Positions 10,272 to 18,544 of a stretch of DNA of 64,000 nucleotides are shown here, piece by piece. The notes under the pieces were generated by a model. The model saw only the letters and a list, made by a program, of their open reading frames with translations, was not told the DNA's origin and did no database searches. The DNA comes from a virus: positions 26,574 to 90,573 of the IMG/VR virus record IMGVR_UViG_3300043409_002042; one strand, 5' to 3'. Both the position numbers and the translations under genes were made by a program. Position 1 is the stretch's first letter; every line of letters starts with the position of its first letter.

Positions 10272-10666
10272 GGCGCCGCTCCTGGCGTTCCGGCGAGGCC
10301 GCAGTAGCCGTAGGTTGGGGTGGTTTGCTTTGGTGCAATTACGGTATGCGCACTCGCCGATGTGTGTGTCGGCATTGATGCGGATTCGTATTTCGGCACC
10401 CACCGCCACATGGCGCACTTTTCGGCAACGCACTCAGACCCCGTGCTGATGTTGACGTCGATCTCCATCGCCATGATGGTGCCAGTTTCGGGTTTCGGCA
10501 TTTCGCCCATCTCAAAGTTCGACGGGCTTTGAACAATCGCAACTTTCACCGGTTTTAAAAACCGAGACATCGTGCGGTTGTAGGCAACTGGAACGTCTAC
10601 TTCGCCAACCTGACCAACCCTTGCCATCGGGCACCACAATTCTTTGGCTTGTTCGGGTGTGTGCAT
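10268..10666 (-). CDS. hypothetical Cys-containing phage protein
   Basis: WCPMAR...CVAEKCAMWRW...GYCGLAG; SD AAAGGA. Confidence 0.7.
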   Translation of the reverse strand: MHTPEQAKELWCPMARVGQVGEVDVPVAYNRTMSRFLKPVKVAIVQSPSNFEMGEMPKPETGTIMAMEIDVNISTGSECVAEKCAMWRWVPKYESASMPTHTSASAHTVIAPKQTTPTYGYCGLAGTPGAAP

Positions 10667-10763
10667 ATCGTCCTTTCGGTTTCAGGTTGTCAAAAAAGCG
10701 GCCACCAAGCCTATCGCCGCGCCTGCGCCCAAAATGAGCGCTGTGGCAATGTTCAAAATGGTG

Positions 10764-11105
10764 TCAGTTTTCATCGCTGCCCTTCTTCGCTGGTGGTGTG
10801 AAAATCGCCCCCAGCATGCTGGAGACGTTGGTGGTGAAATCTTCTGGCAGTTCAGCGTCCATGGCCGCCATGGTTGCCATCGCCTTCGCTGAGCGCGCTT
10901 TCGCTTTTTCGACTTCGCCGTGCGCCAGCATCATCTTGGTGGCCGCCAGCACCGCTGCCGCATGCAGTTCGCGCGCTGCCTGCGCATAAAGACGCTTGCG
11001 CTGGATCATGGCTTTAAATCCACCGGCGCCGCGCTGCGCCAGTTCTTCGTTGCTCAGGCCTTCGCAGGCCGCGAGGGCAAGCTGGATTCGGTCCTGATGG
11101 CTCAT
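10764..11105 (-). CDS. hypothetical protein
   Basis: 113-aa ORF with ATGA overlap (ACEGLSNEEL). Confidence 0.6.
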   Translation of the reverse strand: MSHQDRIQLALAACEGLSNEELAQRGAGGFKAMIQRKRLYAQAARELHAAAVLAATKMMLAHGEVEKAKARSAKAMATMAAMDAELPEDFTTNVSSMLGAIFTPPAKKGSDEN

Positions 11106-11305
11106 GCTGAAACTCCCGCAGCCGCGGCAAATTTCTCGCCGCGTTCCTGCAGGTTCTGCGCGGTCAACCCGTACAATTTTCCGCTCGGAGCCTTGCGTGC
11201 GCGCTCAGCCAGCCCCGAGAGCTGCTTGGCATTCGCTGCCTGCTGCTGGCGCACCGGCTCTGGTGTGCAGCCAAAAATGGCGGCGATTTCTTGCGCTGTT
11301 TTCAT
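11102..11305 (-). CDS. hypothetical protein
   Basis: 67-aa ORF, SD AAGGGGGA. Confidence 0.6.
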   Translation of the reverse strand: MKTAQEIAAIFGCTPEPVRQQQAANAKQLSGLAERARKAPSGKLYGLTAQNLQERGEKFAAAAGVSA

Positions 11306-11384
11306 GGCGGTTCCCCTTTTTGTTTGCGATGACTGAATTGTACTTCAAAAAATTTGTTTATAGATCGCTGCCTCAAAAATATTT

Positions 11385-12302
11385 TTATGCGTCGCCCTCA
11401 AAGTCATCACCCAGCACTGCGCGTGCGTGGGCCAACTGCCAGTCTTCTTCGGGTGGCTTGGCTGGCGTCGGTGTGGTTGATCCCAGCGGGCTGTGAACCA
11501 CGGTGATGGTCATGTGGCCGTCGGTTTCAACGGTGTTGAACCGGAAGGTTGTTCTGCGTCTCGTGGTGTCGAGGAAGTCCAAAATCTCGTCAGCCATCTC
11601 GGTGGTGGTCAGATTCACGGTCAGGCTGTCCCCTATTTTTCGAAGCTTGGTTATGTCGACGGGTGGAAGCTTCTTGTGTCCGGCCTGGGTGGACTCGATG
11701 CCGTCGCGGTAGCGAATGACGATCGCCTGGGTGCCTTTTTTGTGCACGCGCCAGACGCCCTCGCCCGTTAAATTCAGTCGTGAGGCAAGGCTTCGGAGGT
11801 AGTTCTCGCTGGTGCCCGGCTGCCCCAGCACGCCCTCGAGTTCAACGTTGATCTGTGACCCTGGGGCCATGGCGCGCATGCTGCCGGCCAGTGTCCCCGG
11901 CTCCATGGCCTCTGCTGGTGTCATTTGCTCTCGCGTGATCTCGGTGATTTGGCGCTCTTTGTTCCATGCGACCTTGTACTTGCCGATACTGGCCGCCTTG
12001 AGCTTGCTTGCCATGCTCTGCGCGTAACTGAGGCCGCTGAGGCCTTTGTCCTGCTCGATGACGTCATCAATGTCCATGTCCATCATGCGCCTCTGGAGGC
12101 TGGCGTTCTTTCCCGTGTCGTAGCGTTTGATGGTGGTGGTGTAGTCGTTGGTGGGCTCAATCAGGAAGCGCCGCCCCGCCCTGGTGAGTGGCGCGGCAAT
12201 GGCGCGCACGCCCATGAGGCTTGTTTTGTGCTCGTGGTGCGCAATCCTGACGCTCTGGCCCGGCTTGAGTGAGGTGATTATCACCTTGAGTTTGTCGCTC
12301 AT
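11385..12302 (-). CDS. hypothetical protein, possibly tandem small DNA-binding domains
   Basis: 305-aa ORF, SD GAAGG; repeated (L/M)xxG-(Q/D)S-like modules. Confidence 0.65.
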   Translation of the reverse strand: MSDKLKVIITSLKPGQSVRIAHHEHKTSLMGVRAIAAPLTRAGRRFLIEPTNDYTTTIKRYDTGKNASLQRRMMDMDIDDVIEQDKGLSGLSYAQSMASKLKAASIGKYKVAWNKERQITEITREQMTPAEAMEPGTLAGSMRAMAPGSQINVELEGVLGQPGTSENYLRSLASRLNLTGEGVWRVHKKGTQAIVIRYRDGIESTQAGHKKLPPVDITKLRKIGDSLTVNLTTTEMADEILDFLDTTRRRTTFRFNTVETDGHMTITVVHSPLGSTTPTPAKPPEEDWQLAHARAVLGDDFEGDA

Positions 12303-12419
12303 ACAATACCTTCTTTCATTTTTGGTGTAATGCCGCGAGATTCTATCACATTGCTTCCTTTCTTTCCTTTTTTTCGCGCCTTGGCCTCAAAAAACCACGC
12401 TTGGACCGCGCTGCGGCGC

Positions 12420-12740
12420 GGTTCGGTTCCGGCGGTTTCCGGGTGGTTTCCCCCTGTTTGGTTCCGGTTTTTTCCTTATAGAAAAAAGGTTTTGTAAAAA
12501 AACGGAACCGAGAAACCTGGCGTCGACTGACGGAAACCAAAAATTCATTATTATTCAAGTTATGTAATATATTGTTTGTTTTATTGTTTTTTCAAAAAAG
12601 CTCGATTCAAATTCTCGTTTTCGGTTCCCTCGGTTTCCTTCCTCTTATCTTATCTCTTATTTCCTTTATAGAATAAGATAAATAAATGGGGAACCGAAGG
12701 GCGGAACCGGGGTGGAACTTGCAGGAACCGAGAATTTTTT
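12420..12740. repeat. iteron-like GGAACC/GGAAACC repeats in both orientations around an AT-rich core; candidate replication origin
   Basis: About 12 copies (e.g. 12424, 12433, 12444, 12459, 12504, 12532, 12622, 12631, 12690, 12703, 12724); AT-rich 12540-12600; lies between divergent gene blocks. Confidence 0.6.
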
Positions 12741-12789
12741 ACTCACTCCCCTTGTCGTGATGCTATGCAGCCTGCAATAATCGCCACCC

Positions 12790-13323
12790 ATGAACCACCT
12801 CGTTGCTGCTGGCGTCGTCTACAAAACATCCGACCTCCTCCCAGGTCGGCAACTGTTCGATTGCTCCCGCCTCTCCGCCACCCTGCAGGTCACCTCCTGC
12901 GCCCAAATGTGGCAACAGGCCAACGGCCGCAAAAAGCCCCCGGACTCACTCCTGCGTTGCCACGGCTGCTCAATCGGTGCCCAGCACGCCGGTGAGCCAC
13001 CCCCAGGCCAGCATTGGCTTTTCGGGTCCACCACCTGCAGCCGGTGCCATCGAACCGACCAACGCCTCATCGGCGCCGACGTCTGCGTCAGCTGCTACAA
13101 CCGCCAGCGTGAGTGGATGCTCGGCAAAAACGGCAAAGGCCAGTTCCCGAGGCAGTACCGAGGCCTGCATCGCGTCAGGCTTGCGGTCCTGGTGGGCGGC
13201 TCGGTAAAGCTGCTGGAACGCCAAGCGTCAAACTCGAATGAGGTCGTCGTCGGCCTGCTTAGGGACTCCCGGCAGGCCGTTTGTTTTGGCTTTGGGAAAG
13301 GCGGGGTTTATGGGGGTGATTGA
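12790..13323 (+). CDS. Cys-rich Zn-finger protein
   Basis: CHGC, CSRC, CVSC pairs plus extra Cys. Confidence 0.7.
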   Translation: MNHLVAAGVVYKTSDLLPGRQLFDCSRLSATLQVTSCAQMWQQANGRKKPPDSLLRCHGCSIGAQHAGEPPPGQHWLFGSTTCSRCHRTDQRLIGADVCVSCYNRQREWMLGKNGKGQFPRQYRGLHRVRLAVLVGGSVKLLERQASNSNEVVVGLLRDSRQAVCFGFGKGGVYGGD

Positions 13324-13753
13324 AAAAACCTATGGGTTGGCCGAAGCCGATAGGTTTTGCAAATCGGGCAAAAGTGGTGATGGCATAGGAAAAACCAATC
13401 AAAACCACGTGTCCGATAGTCAAAACCTAAGACGGCCGCAAAAAATGCGCGCGCCCGATCCAGACGCAGCCTGGACGCTGGAGCCCCATGTGTGCGCGTC
13501 CTGCTTTGGCCGCCTGGTTTCGCAGCCCGCCACCTCTGATGGCATCGTGCGGTACCGGTGCACCAACTGCGAGGCTGAGGCGATAGGCAAAACCTCTGCT
13601 GTGCTTTGCGCGTGTGGGTCGGAGGTGCGCCGCCATGGCCCTAGTTCTGGTGCTGCTGACCTGGGTTTGCGTTGCCGTCCCAATCCGTCGCCATCACCCG
13701 AGTTCCCGTCCGCTTTTGTGGCTGTTTACGTGCGCTGCAAAGATGACAACTGA
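13310..13753 (+). CDS. Cys-rich Zn-ribbon protein
   Basis: HVCASCFGR, CTNC, CACG. Confidence 0.65.
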   Translation: MGVIEKTYGLAEADRFCKSGKSGDGIGKTNQNHVSDSQNLRRPQKMRAPDPDAAWTLEPHVCASCFGRLVSQPATSDGIVRYRCTNCEAEAIGKTSAVLCACGSEVRRHGPSSGAADLGLRCRPNPSPSPEFPSAFVAVYVRCKDDN

Positions 13754-13908
13754 TTCGTAGTCACTTTGTCTGCTTAAAAAATGTGTTTATTTTCATTGGC
13801 TTACGGTGTTCGACATGGTTTTAGGGCGCAAACAGGGCTTGATGCCTGTGTTTTTGCGCGACTTTGCTTTGCCACATCGTTGGTTGGTTTTGCGGTAACA
13901 TGGCGATC

Positions 13909-14652
13909 ATGAATTCTTCGATGCCCGTTTCTTGGCCGCTCTTGCGCCGCTTTGCTCGGAACACTAGGGGCCGTGATCTGATCGTTGGCGACATCCATGG
14001 CTGCTTCACCAAGCTGCAAGCCGCTCTGTCGGCGGTGGGTTTTGATCCGGAGGATGGCGATCGCCTGTTCTCGGTCGGCGACTTGGTGGACCGAGGCCCC
14101 GATTCTGAGGTGGCGCTGGACTGGCTTGCCTCGCCTTGGTTCTTTGCCGTTCGAGGCAATCACGAGGACATGGCGGTTCGTTGGCCGAATGGGCGCATGG
14201 ACGCGGCCAAATATGCCACGAACGGCGGAGCCTGGAACATCGGCAACCCACCGGCCCGGCGCTTGGAAATCGCCGACGCTTTCCGTTCGCTCCCCTTGGC
14301 GATTGAGATTGAAACGCCCGGTGGCCTTGTTGGCATTGTTCATGCCGACTGCCCCTTGGGGTCCTGGCCTGCTTTCAAAGCTGTTCTGGAAAATCCATCT
14401 GATTTTTCGGGGTCCCACGATGTCGTCAACTGCTGCATGTGGTCACGGGATCGGATTGCGCTTGATGACCGATCTGGTGTGTCTGGTGTCCGCGCTTTAG
14501 TGGTGGGTCACACGCCGCTTCCTGGCGTTCAAGTGTTGGGGAATGTCTTTCACATCGACACCGCCGGCTGGCATCCGTCGGGCGCGGGGTTTACGCTGCT
14601 TGACGCCGCCTCTCTGGAGTCTGTGACTGTGCGTCTGGAGGCTGCAGCGTGA
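13909..14652 (+). CDS. Ser/Thr protein phosphatase (lambda NinI/PPP metallophosphoesterase)
   Basis: GDIHG, GDLVDRG, RGNHE, GHT, IDT motifs. Confidence 0.92.
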   Translation: MNSSMPVSWPLLRRFARNTRGRDLIVGDIHGCFTKLQAALSAVGFDPEDGDRLFSVGDLVDRGPDSEVALDWLASPWFFAVRGNHEDMAVRWPNGRMDAAKYATNGGAWNIGNPPARRLEIADAFRSLPLAIEIETPGGLVGIVHADCPLGSWPAFKAVLENPSDFSGSHDVVNCCMWSRDRIALDDRSGVSGVRALVVGHTPLPGVQVLGNVFHIDTAGWHPSGAGFTLLDAASLESVTVRLEAAA

Positions 14653-15011
14653 CCTTCGCACTCGCTCTTGCCCGCCACACCTGGCTGCTGATGACGCTGC
14701 GACACTCTGGTTGGGGTTTGCCTAAGTCTTGGGTTCTTTGCCTTTTGATGGTTGCTGCGTCGTGCTGGGCAAACATCGCTTTTTTCCCTAAATTTGCCGC
14801 CCTGAATCCGGAGCATGTCGTCGTTTTTTTTGCCGTGATGCTTGCGGGTTATGGGCGTAGGACAACTTTCGTTTTCTCTTTGGTTTCTTTCGTTGCTGCC
14901 TTCGTGGCTGGCTTTTTGGGCCAGGACCTTGACTTTATTGCCAATTTTTGGGGGTGGCTCGCTATGTTGGTTTTTGCCTTTCGTGTTTTGTTTAGCGAGG
15001 CCCCGTTGTGA
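14649..15011 (+). CDS. hypothetical membrane protein
   Basis: Several hydrophobic segments; GTGA overlap. Confidence 0.55.
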   Translation: MTFALALARHTWLLMTLRHSGWGLPKSWVLCLLMVAASCWANIAFFPKFAALNPEHVVVFFAVMLAGYGRRTTFVFSLVSFVAAFVAGFLGQDLDFIANFWGWLAMLVFAFRVLFSEAPL

Positions 15012-15310
15012 CCTGCCCCACCTGCCCCCGCCCCGACCGCCCTGGCTGCTCACCCGTCCAGCTGCTTGCTGGTGGTGTGGCGTGCTCTTGGTCGGCTGAG
15101 TGGGCGGCTGAATGCCGAGACCGTCATGCCGAGGCGCTGCGCGTTCTGGCGCTGGCCGACCGTGAGGCGCGCCATGCTCGCCTTGCGTCGGTCGCTGCTG
15201 GCTACCCCGACCCTGGTGTCGGCGCCCTGGCCCGCGAGCGGCTGGAGGCTGAGGTCTTGCGCGTGTGGGAGGTTCGCCGTACCCGGCGCATGGAGGCGGC
15301 CAATGCTTGA
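15008..15310 (+). CDS. hypothetical phage protein
   Basis: GTGA overlap; SAEWAAECRDRHAEA. Confidence 0.55.
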   Translation: MTCPTCPRPDRPGCSPVQLLAGGVACSWSAEWAAECRDRHAEALRVLALADREARHARLASVAAGYPDPGVGALARERLEAEVLRVWEVRRTRRMEAANA

Positions 15311-15542
15311 CGCCTTGCTGTTTTTCCTTGCGGTGGCCTATTTGGTGGTTGGGTTTGGTCTGGCCTCGTTTGGTACGGTTGCCTTTTGTCGGTCCAGTAA
15401 ATTTTACGGGTTCTTCGCTCGGGAGGTGCTGGCTGTTGGTGTCTTGGCTGCCGTTATACTGACCACTCTGGTGCTGGTTCTTGGCTTCGTGAGGCTGGCC
15501 TTGTTCTGGCCGCTTGATGTTGCCTGGGGGCTTCGTCGATGA
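15303..15542 (+). CDS. hypothetical membrane protein
   Basis: SD GGAGG; two hydrophobic segments. Confidence 0.55.
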   Translation: MLDALLFFLAVAYLVVGFGLASFGTVAFCRSSKFYGFFAREVLAVGVLAAVILTTLVLVLGFVRLALFWPLDVAWGLRR

Positions 15543-15895
15543 CCTCCTGCGTTTTCCCGGCTTTCCCCGTGCCGCTGCAGCTGCCCGGCGGCTATGGTTT
15601 GCGGTGCGAGGGGGTCGCCGCCATGGTTTTGATCGCTGGGTTGTATGCTGTGACGCTGTGGCTGGCGCTGCTGGCCTACTGCGTGATTTTGGGGGCTTCG
15701 GTGCTGCCGGTGCTGCTGCTGGCGCCCGTTTTGATTTCCGGCTTCGTGGCGTTGCTGCTGGGGCTGGACCTGCTTGTTTCCCTGCTTGGCGGCCTGCTTG
15801 GTCGGGCTGCTCGGTGGGTGTGGCGCTCCCTTGCAACCGTCCGATTGTGGCGCTGGGTGCGGCCTGGGGCTGGCCCTGAAAATCGGCCCCTGTAA
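15539..15895 (+). CDS. hypothetical membrane protein
   Basis: ATGA overlap; long hydrophobic stretch. Confidence 0.5.
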   Translation: MTSCVFPAFPVPLQLPGGYGLRCEGVAAMVLIAGLYAVTLWLALLAYCVILGASVLPVLLLAPVLISGFVALLLGLDLLVSLLGGLLGRAARWVWRSLATVRLWRWVRPGAGPENRPL

Positions 15896-15917
15896 CCCTG
15901 ACGCTGCGTGCGTCCTG

Positions 15918-15953
15918 AACCCCGGCCTCGCCACAGGTCGGGGTTTTGTTTTT
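15918..15953 (+). terminator. intrinsic terminator
   Basis: AACCCCGGCCT-cgccac-AGGTCGGGGTT followed by a T-rich tract. Confidence 0.75.
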
Positions 15954-15976
15954 GTGCTGCCCGGGGTCGCTTATTG

Positions 15977-15992
15977 GTCGTGATGGCATGCT
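15977..15992 (+). promoter_or_regulatory. late-promoter motif copy (GTCGTGA-TGG-CATGCT), 7 nt before ATG 16000
   Basis: Matches the recurrent motif. Confidence 0.7.
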
Positions 15993-15999
15993 TCGCGCC

Positions 16000-16680
16000 A
16001 TGACTACCTCAAACAAACCAATCGAAGCCCCGGATGGCGGCCTGCCGACCCCGGATCGTGAGCGGGCGATGGTCCCGTGGGACAAGCGCCTGGGTGGCAC
16101 TGGCGAGCCGCCTGATGAGATTCGGGCTTCAGCCCGCGCGATGTGGGAGGGCGTGCCGAATTCCTCTGTGGCGTCGGTGTCGGATGAACTCAAGGTGCCA
16201 GCGGCGCAGATTCGGGCGTGGAAAAACCAGGGCGGCTGGGTGAAGACCCACCTTCGCATGCCCGGAATGTCGCAGCGCGCGCATGAGGCTGCGGACCGCT
16301 ACACCGAGCAGGTGGCCGAGGCTGTTGGTGCTGAGCCTGGCGCGAAGGTGCGCGATGCGGATGTGCCGCCTGCGCTGGCGGATAGCGTTGCTCGGTCGGT
16401 GTCCGACGACCTGGCGCTTGATGTTCGCGGCCAGCTGCTGAACCGTCACCGTCAGGAGTGGGGTGTGCCGCGCAAGCTGGCCTATGAGGCCGTGAAGTCT
16501 GCGGGCACTCCAGGTTTCGACCCGGTGGCGGCGTTTGAAAAGGCCAAGCTTGCGAAGATCACCGCCGAAACGCTGACCCTGGTCCAGGGCGGCGAGCGCA
16601 AGGCTTATGGGCTCAAGGACGGCGATCTGGACACCACTGCCGTGCTGATCGACCGCGGCGGCGATGGTGGTGGCGAATGA
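16000..16680 (+). CDS. putative terminase small subunit
   Basis: N-terminal HTH-like segment (VASVSDELKVPAAQIRAWKNQGGW), GERKAYGL C-terminal motif, adjacent to the ParB-methylase. Confidence 0.6.
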   Translation: MTTSNKPIEAPDGGLPTPDRERAMVPWDKRLGGTGEPPDEIRASARAMWEGVPNSSVASVSDELKVPAAQIRAWKNQGGWVKTHLRMPGMSQRAHEAADRYTEQVAEAVGAEPGAKVRDADVPPALADSVARSVSDDLALDVRGQLLNRHRQEWGVPRKLAYEAVKSAGTPGFDPVAAFEKAKLAKITAETLTLVQGGERKAYGLKDGDLDTTAVLIDRGGDGGGE

Positions 16681-18182
16681 GCAGCGCGGTTGCGCCGGGG
16701 CTGGAGCTGCGCCCGGCTGCTGAGCTGATCCCGTATGCGCGGAACTCGAACACGCACCCGCAGTCGCAGCTTGAGAAGCTGAAGGCTTCGCTGCGCGAGT
16801 TTGGCTGGACCAACCCGGTTTTGATTGATGAGCGCGGCGGCGTGGTGGCTGGGCACGGTCGCCTGCTGGCCTATGGGCAGATGCTCGAGGCCGGTGAGAC
16901 TGTGCGGTTCCCGAGTGGGGCGGCGATCCCGGCTGGCCGTGTGCCGGTGCTGTCGTGCTCGGGGTGGTCGGAGGCGCAGAAGCGGGCCTATGTGATTGCC
17001 GACAACAGAATTGCGTCGGATTCTTCGCTGGATGAGGAGGTGTTGGCGCTGGAGCTGGCGGACCTGAAGGCGCTGGGTTTTGACCTGTCGCTGACCGGTT
17101 TGGATGCTGTCGAGCTGGGCGACTTGCTGGGCGGAGGCGATGACGAGAATGGCGGCGGCGGGCATGGTGATCCGGATTTAGTGCCGGATGTGCCGGAGGT
17201 CCCGGTGTCGCGGCGCGGCGACGTGTGGATTGTTGGTGGTCACCGCGTGATGTGCGGCTCGTCGCTGGAGCCCAATGATTGGGATGTGCTGATGGCGGGC
17301 GAGTCCGCCGACTGCGTGTTCACGGATCCGCCATACAACGTGGCGATCGGCGAGAAGAACGATGCCATGGCGAAGGCGCAGGGGCGTGGAAAGAGCAAAA
17401 CCGGCGGCATCTTGAACGACTCGATGGGCGATGGCGAGTTCTACAAGTTCTTGCTGTCGATGTACCGCTGCGTTCTGGAGGTCATGAAGCCCGGGGCGTC
17501 GATCTACGTGTACCACGCTGACAGCGAGGGGATCAATTTCCGGACGGCTTTCCGTGATGCGGGGTTCAAGCTGCAGAGCTGCCTGACCTGGAAGAAGAAC
17601 ACGTTTGTGCTGTCGCGCTGGGACCACCACCCGATTTCTGAGCCGTGCCTGTACGGCTGGAAGCCTGGGGCTGGCCACAAGTGGTACGGTGGCCGCAAGC
17701 AGAGCACGTTTGTGGACCTGGGGGATGGCAGTCCGTTTCACAAGCAGGATGACGGCACGTGGGCGGTGACCTGGGGGGATCAGGTGTTCGTGGTGTCGGG
17801 TGATGCGCGCGTGGAGGTTTTGGCGTCGTCGATGATTTCTGAGCCCAAGCCTGCGCGCTCGGACCTGCACCCGACGATGAAGCCGGTGATGCTGGTGCGT
17901 CGGCACCTGCGAAACTCGGCGCAGCCTGGTGATCTGGTGGTGGATGCCTTTGGCGGCTCGGGTACGACGATGCTGGCTGCTCACGAGGAGCGGATGTTGT
18001 CGCGGCTGATGGAGCTGGATCCGAAGTATGTCGATGTGATCTGCCGCCGGATGTGGGCGTTCTCGGGTCTGCGCCCGGTGCATGCCGTGACTGGGGAGCC
18101 GTTCCCTGGCGAGGGTGAGTTTCGGTCTGCTGACCTGGTGGTGGGCCCTTCGGATGCTGCCGATGATGGGGGGCCGTTCTGA
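16677..18182 (+). CDS. ParB-like N-domain + N6A/N4C DNA methyltransferase
   Basis: LIPYARNSNTH...AGHGR...IADNR; TDPPY; HPTMKP; DAFGGSGT; ELDPKY. Confidence 0.92.
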   Translation: MSSAVAPGLELRPAAELIPYARNSNTHPQSQLEKLKASLREFGWTNPVLIDERGGVVAGHGRLLAYGQMLEAGETVRFPSGAAIPAGRVPVLSCSGWSEAQKRAYVIADNRIASDSSLDEEVLALELADLKALGFDLSLTGLDAVELGDLLGGGDDENGGGGHGDPDLVPDVPEVPVSRRGDVWIVGGHRVMCGSSLEPNDWDVLMAGESADCVFTDPPYNVAIGEKNDAMAKAQGRGKSKTGGILNDSMGDGEFYKFLLSMYRCVLEVMKPGASIYVYHADSEGINFRTAFRDAGFKLQSCLTWKKNTFVLSRWDHHPISEPCLYGWKPGAGHKWYGGRKQSTFVDLGDGSPFHKQDDGTWAVTWGDQVFVVSGDARVEVLASSMISEPKPARSDLHPTMKPVMLVRRHLRNSAQPGDLVVDAFGGSGTTMLAAHEERMLSRLMELDPKYVDVICRRMWAFSGLRPVHAVTGEPFPGEGEFRSADLVVGPSDAADDGGPF

Positions 18183-18529
18183 TGGCGGCCGCCGAGGATG
18201 CTGGTGGTGGTGCGCCGACGCCGGCGGACGTGGAGCGCCAGAAGCGGCAGGAGAGGCGCAACCGTCGGTTTGGTGTGGTGCTGGTGCAGATTGAGGGTTT
18301 TCCGTTGGTGGACCCTGGGCGGCGGCTGGTGTTTGACGTGAGGTCGTCGGAGTCGCGGGCGCGCAAGATGGTGGCGCGGATGGCGGTGCGGATGCCGGAG
18401 CACCGGTGGTCGCACGAGATGATGAAGTCGGAGGACATCAAGCGGCTGAGGCGTGCGCCGTTCATTTCGCCGGAGGCTGGGATGCGGGTTTCGCTGCACG
18501 ACGCGAGGTCGGTGTCTGTGGGGTCGTGA
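18182..18529 (+). CDS. hypothetical protein
   Basis: TGATG coupling; 115 aa. Confidence 0.5.
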   Translation: MAAAEDAGGGAPTPADVERQKRQERRNRRFGVVLVQIEGFPLVDPGRRLVFDVRSSESRARKMVARMAVRMPEHRWSHEMMKSEDIKRLRRAPFISPEAGMRVSLHDARSVSVGS

Positions 18530-18538
18530 CCTAACAAT
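18523..18538 (+). promoter_or_regulatory. late-promoter motif copy (GTCGTGA-CCT-AACAAT), 6 nt before ATG 18545
   Basis: Matches the motif; its TGA is also the upstream stop codon. Confidence 0.7.
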
Positions 18539-18544
18539 CGGTTT

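Noticed and set aside
11777-11792. GTCGTGA-GGC-AAGGCT inside ORF 11385-12302 (antisense)
   Set aside because: It fits A2/T6, but has G rather than a pyrimidine after the core and no downstream gene; it may be chance, although an antisense promoter cannot be excluded
12420-12740. CRISPR array or transposon end
   Set aside because: The repeats are 6-8 bp, irregularly spaced and in both orientations; no spacers, cas or transposase genes
14649-15895. Holin/spanin lysis cassette
   Set aside because: No adjacent endolysin or lipobox-bearing spanin recognised
14550-16259. 569-aa minus-strand ORF, and other long antisense ORFs (20999-22831, 27624-30023, 43127-44419, 52048-53460)
   Set aside because: Shadow ORFs of GC-rich coding sequence opposite well-supported genes; low-complexity translations with no motifs
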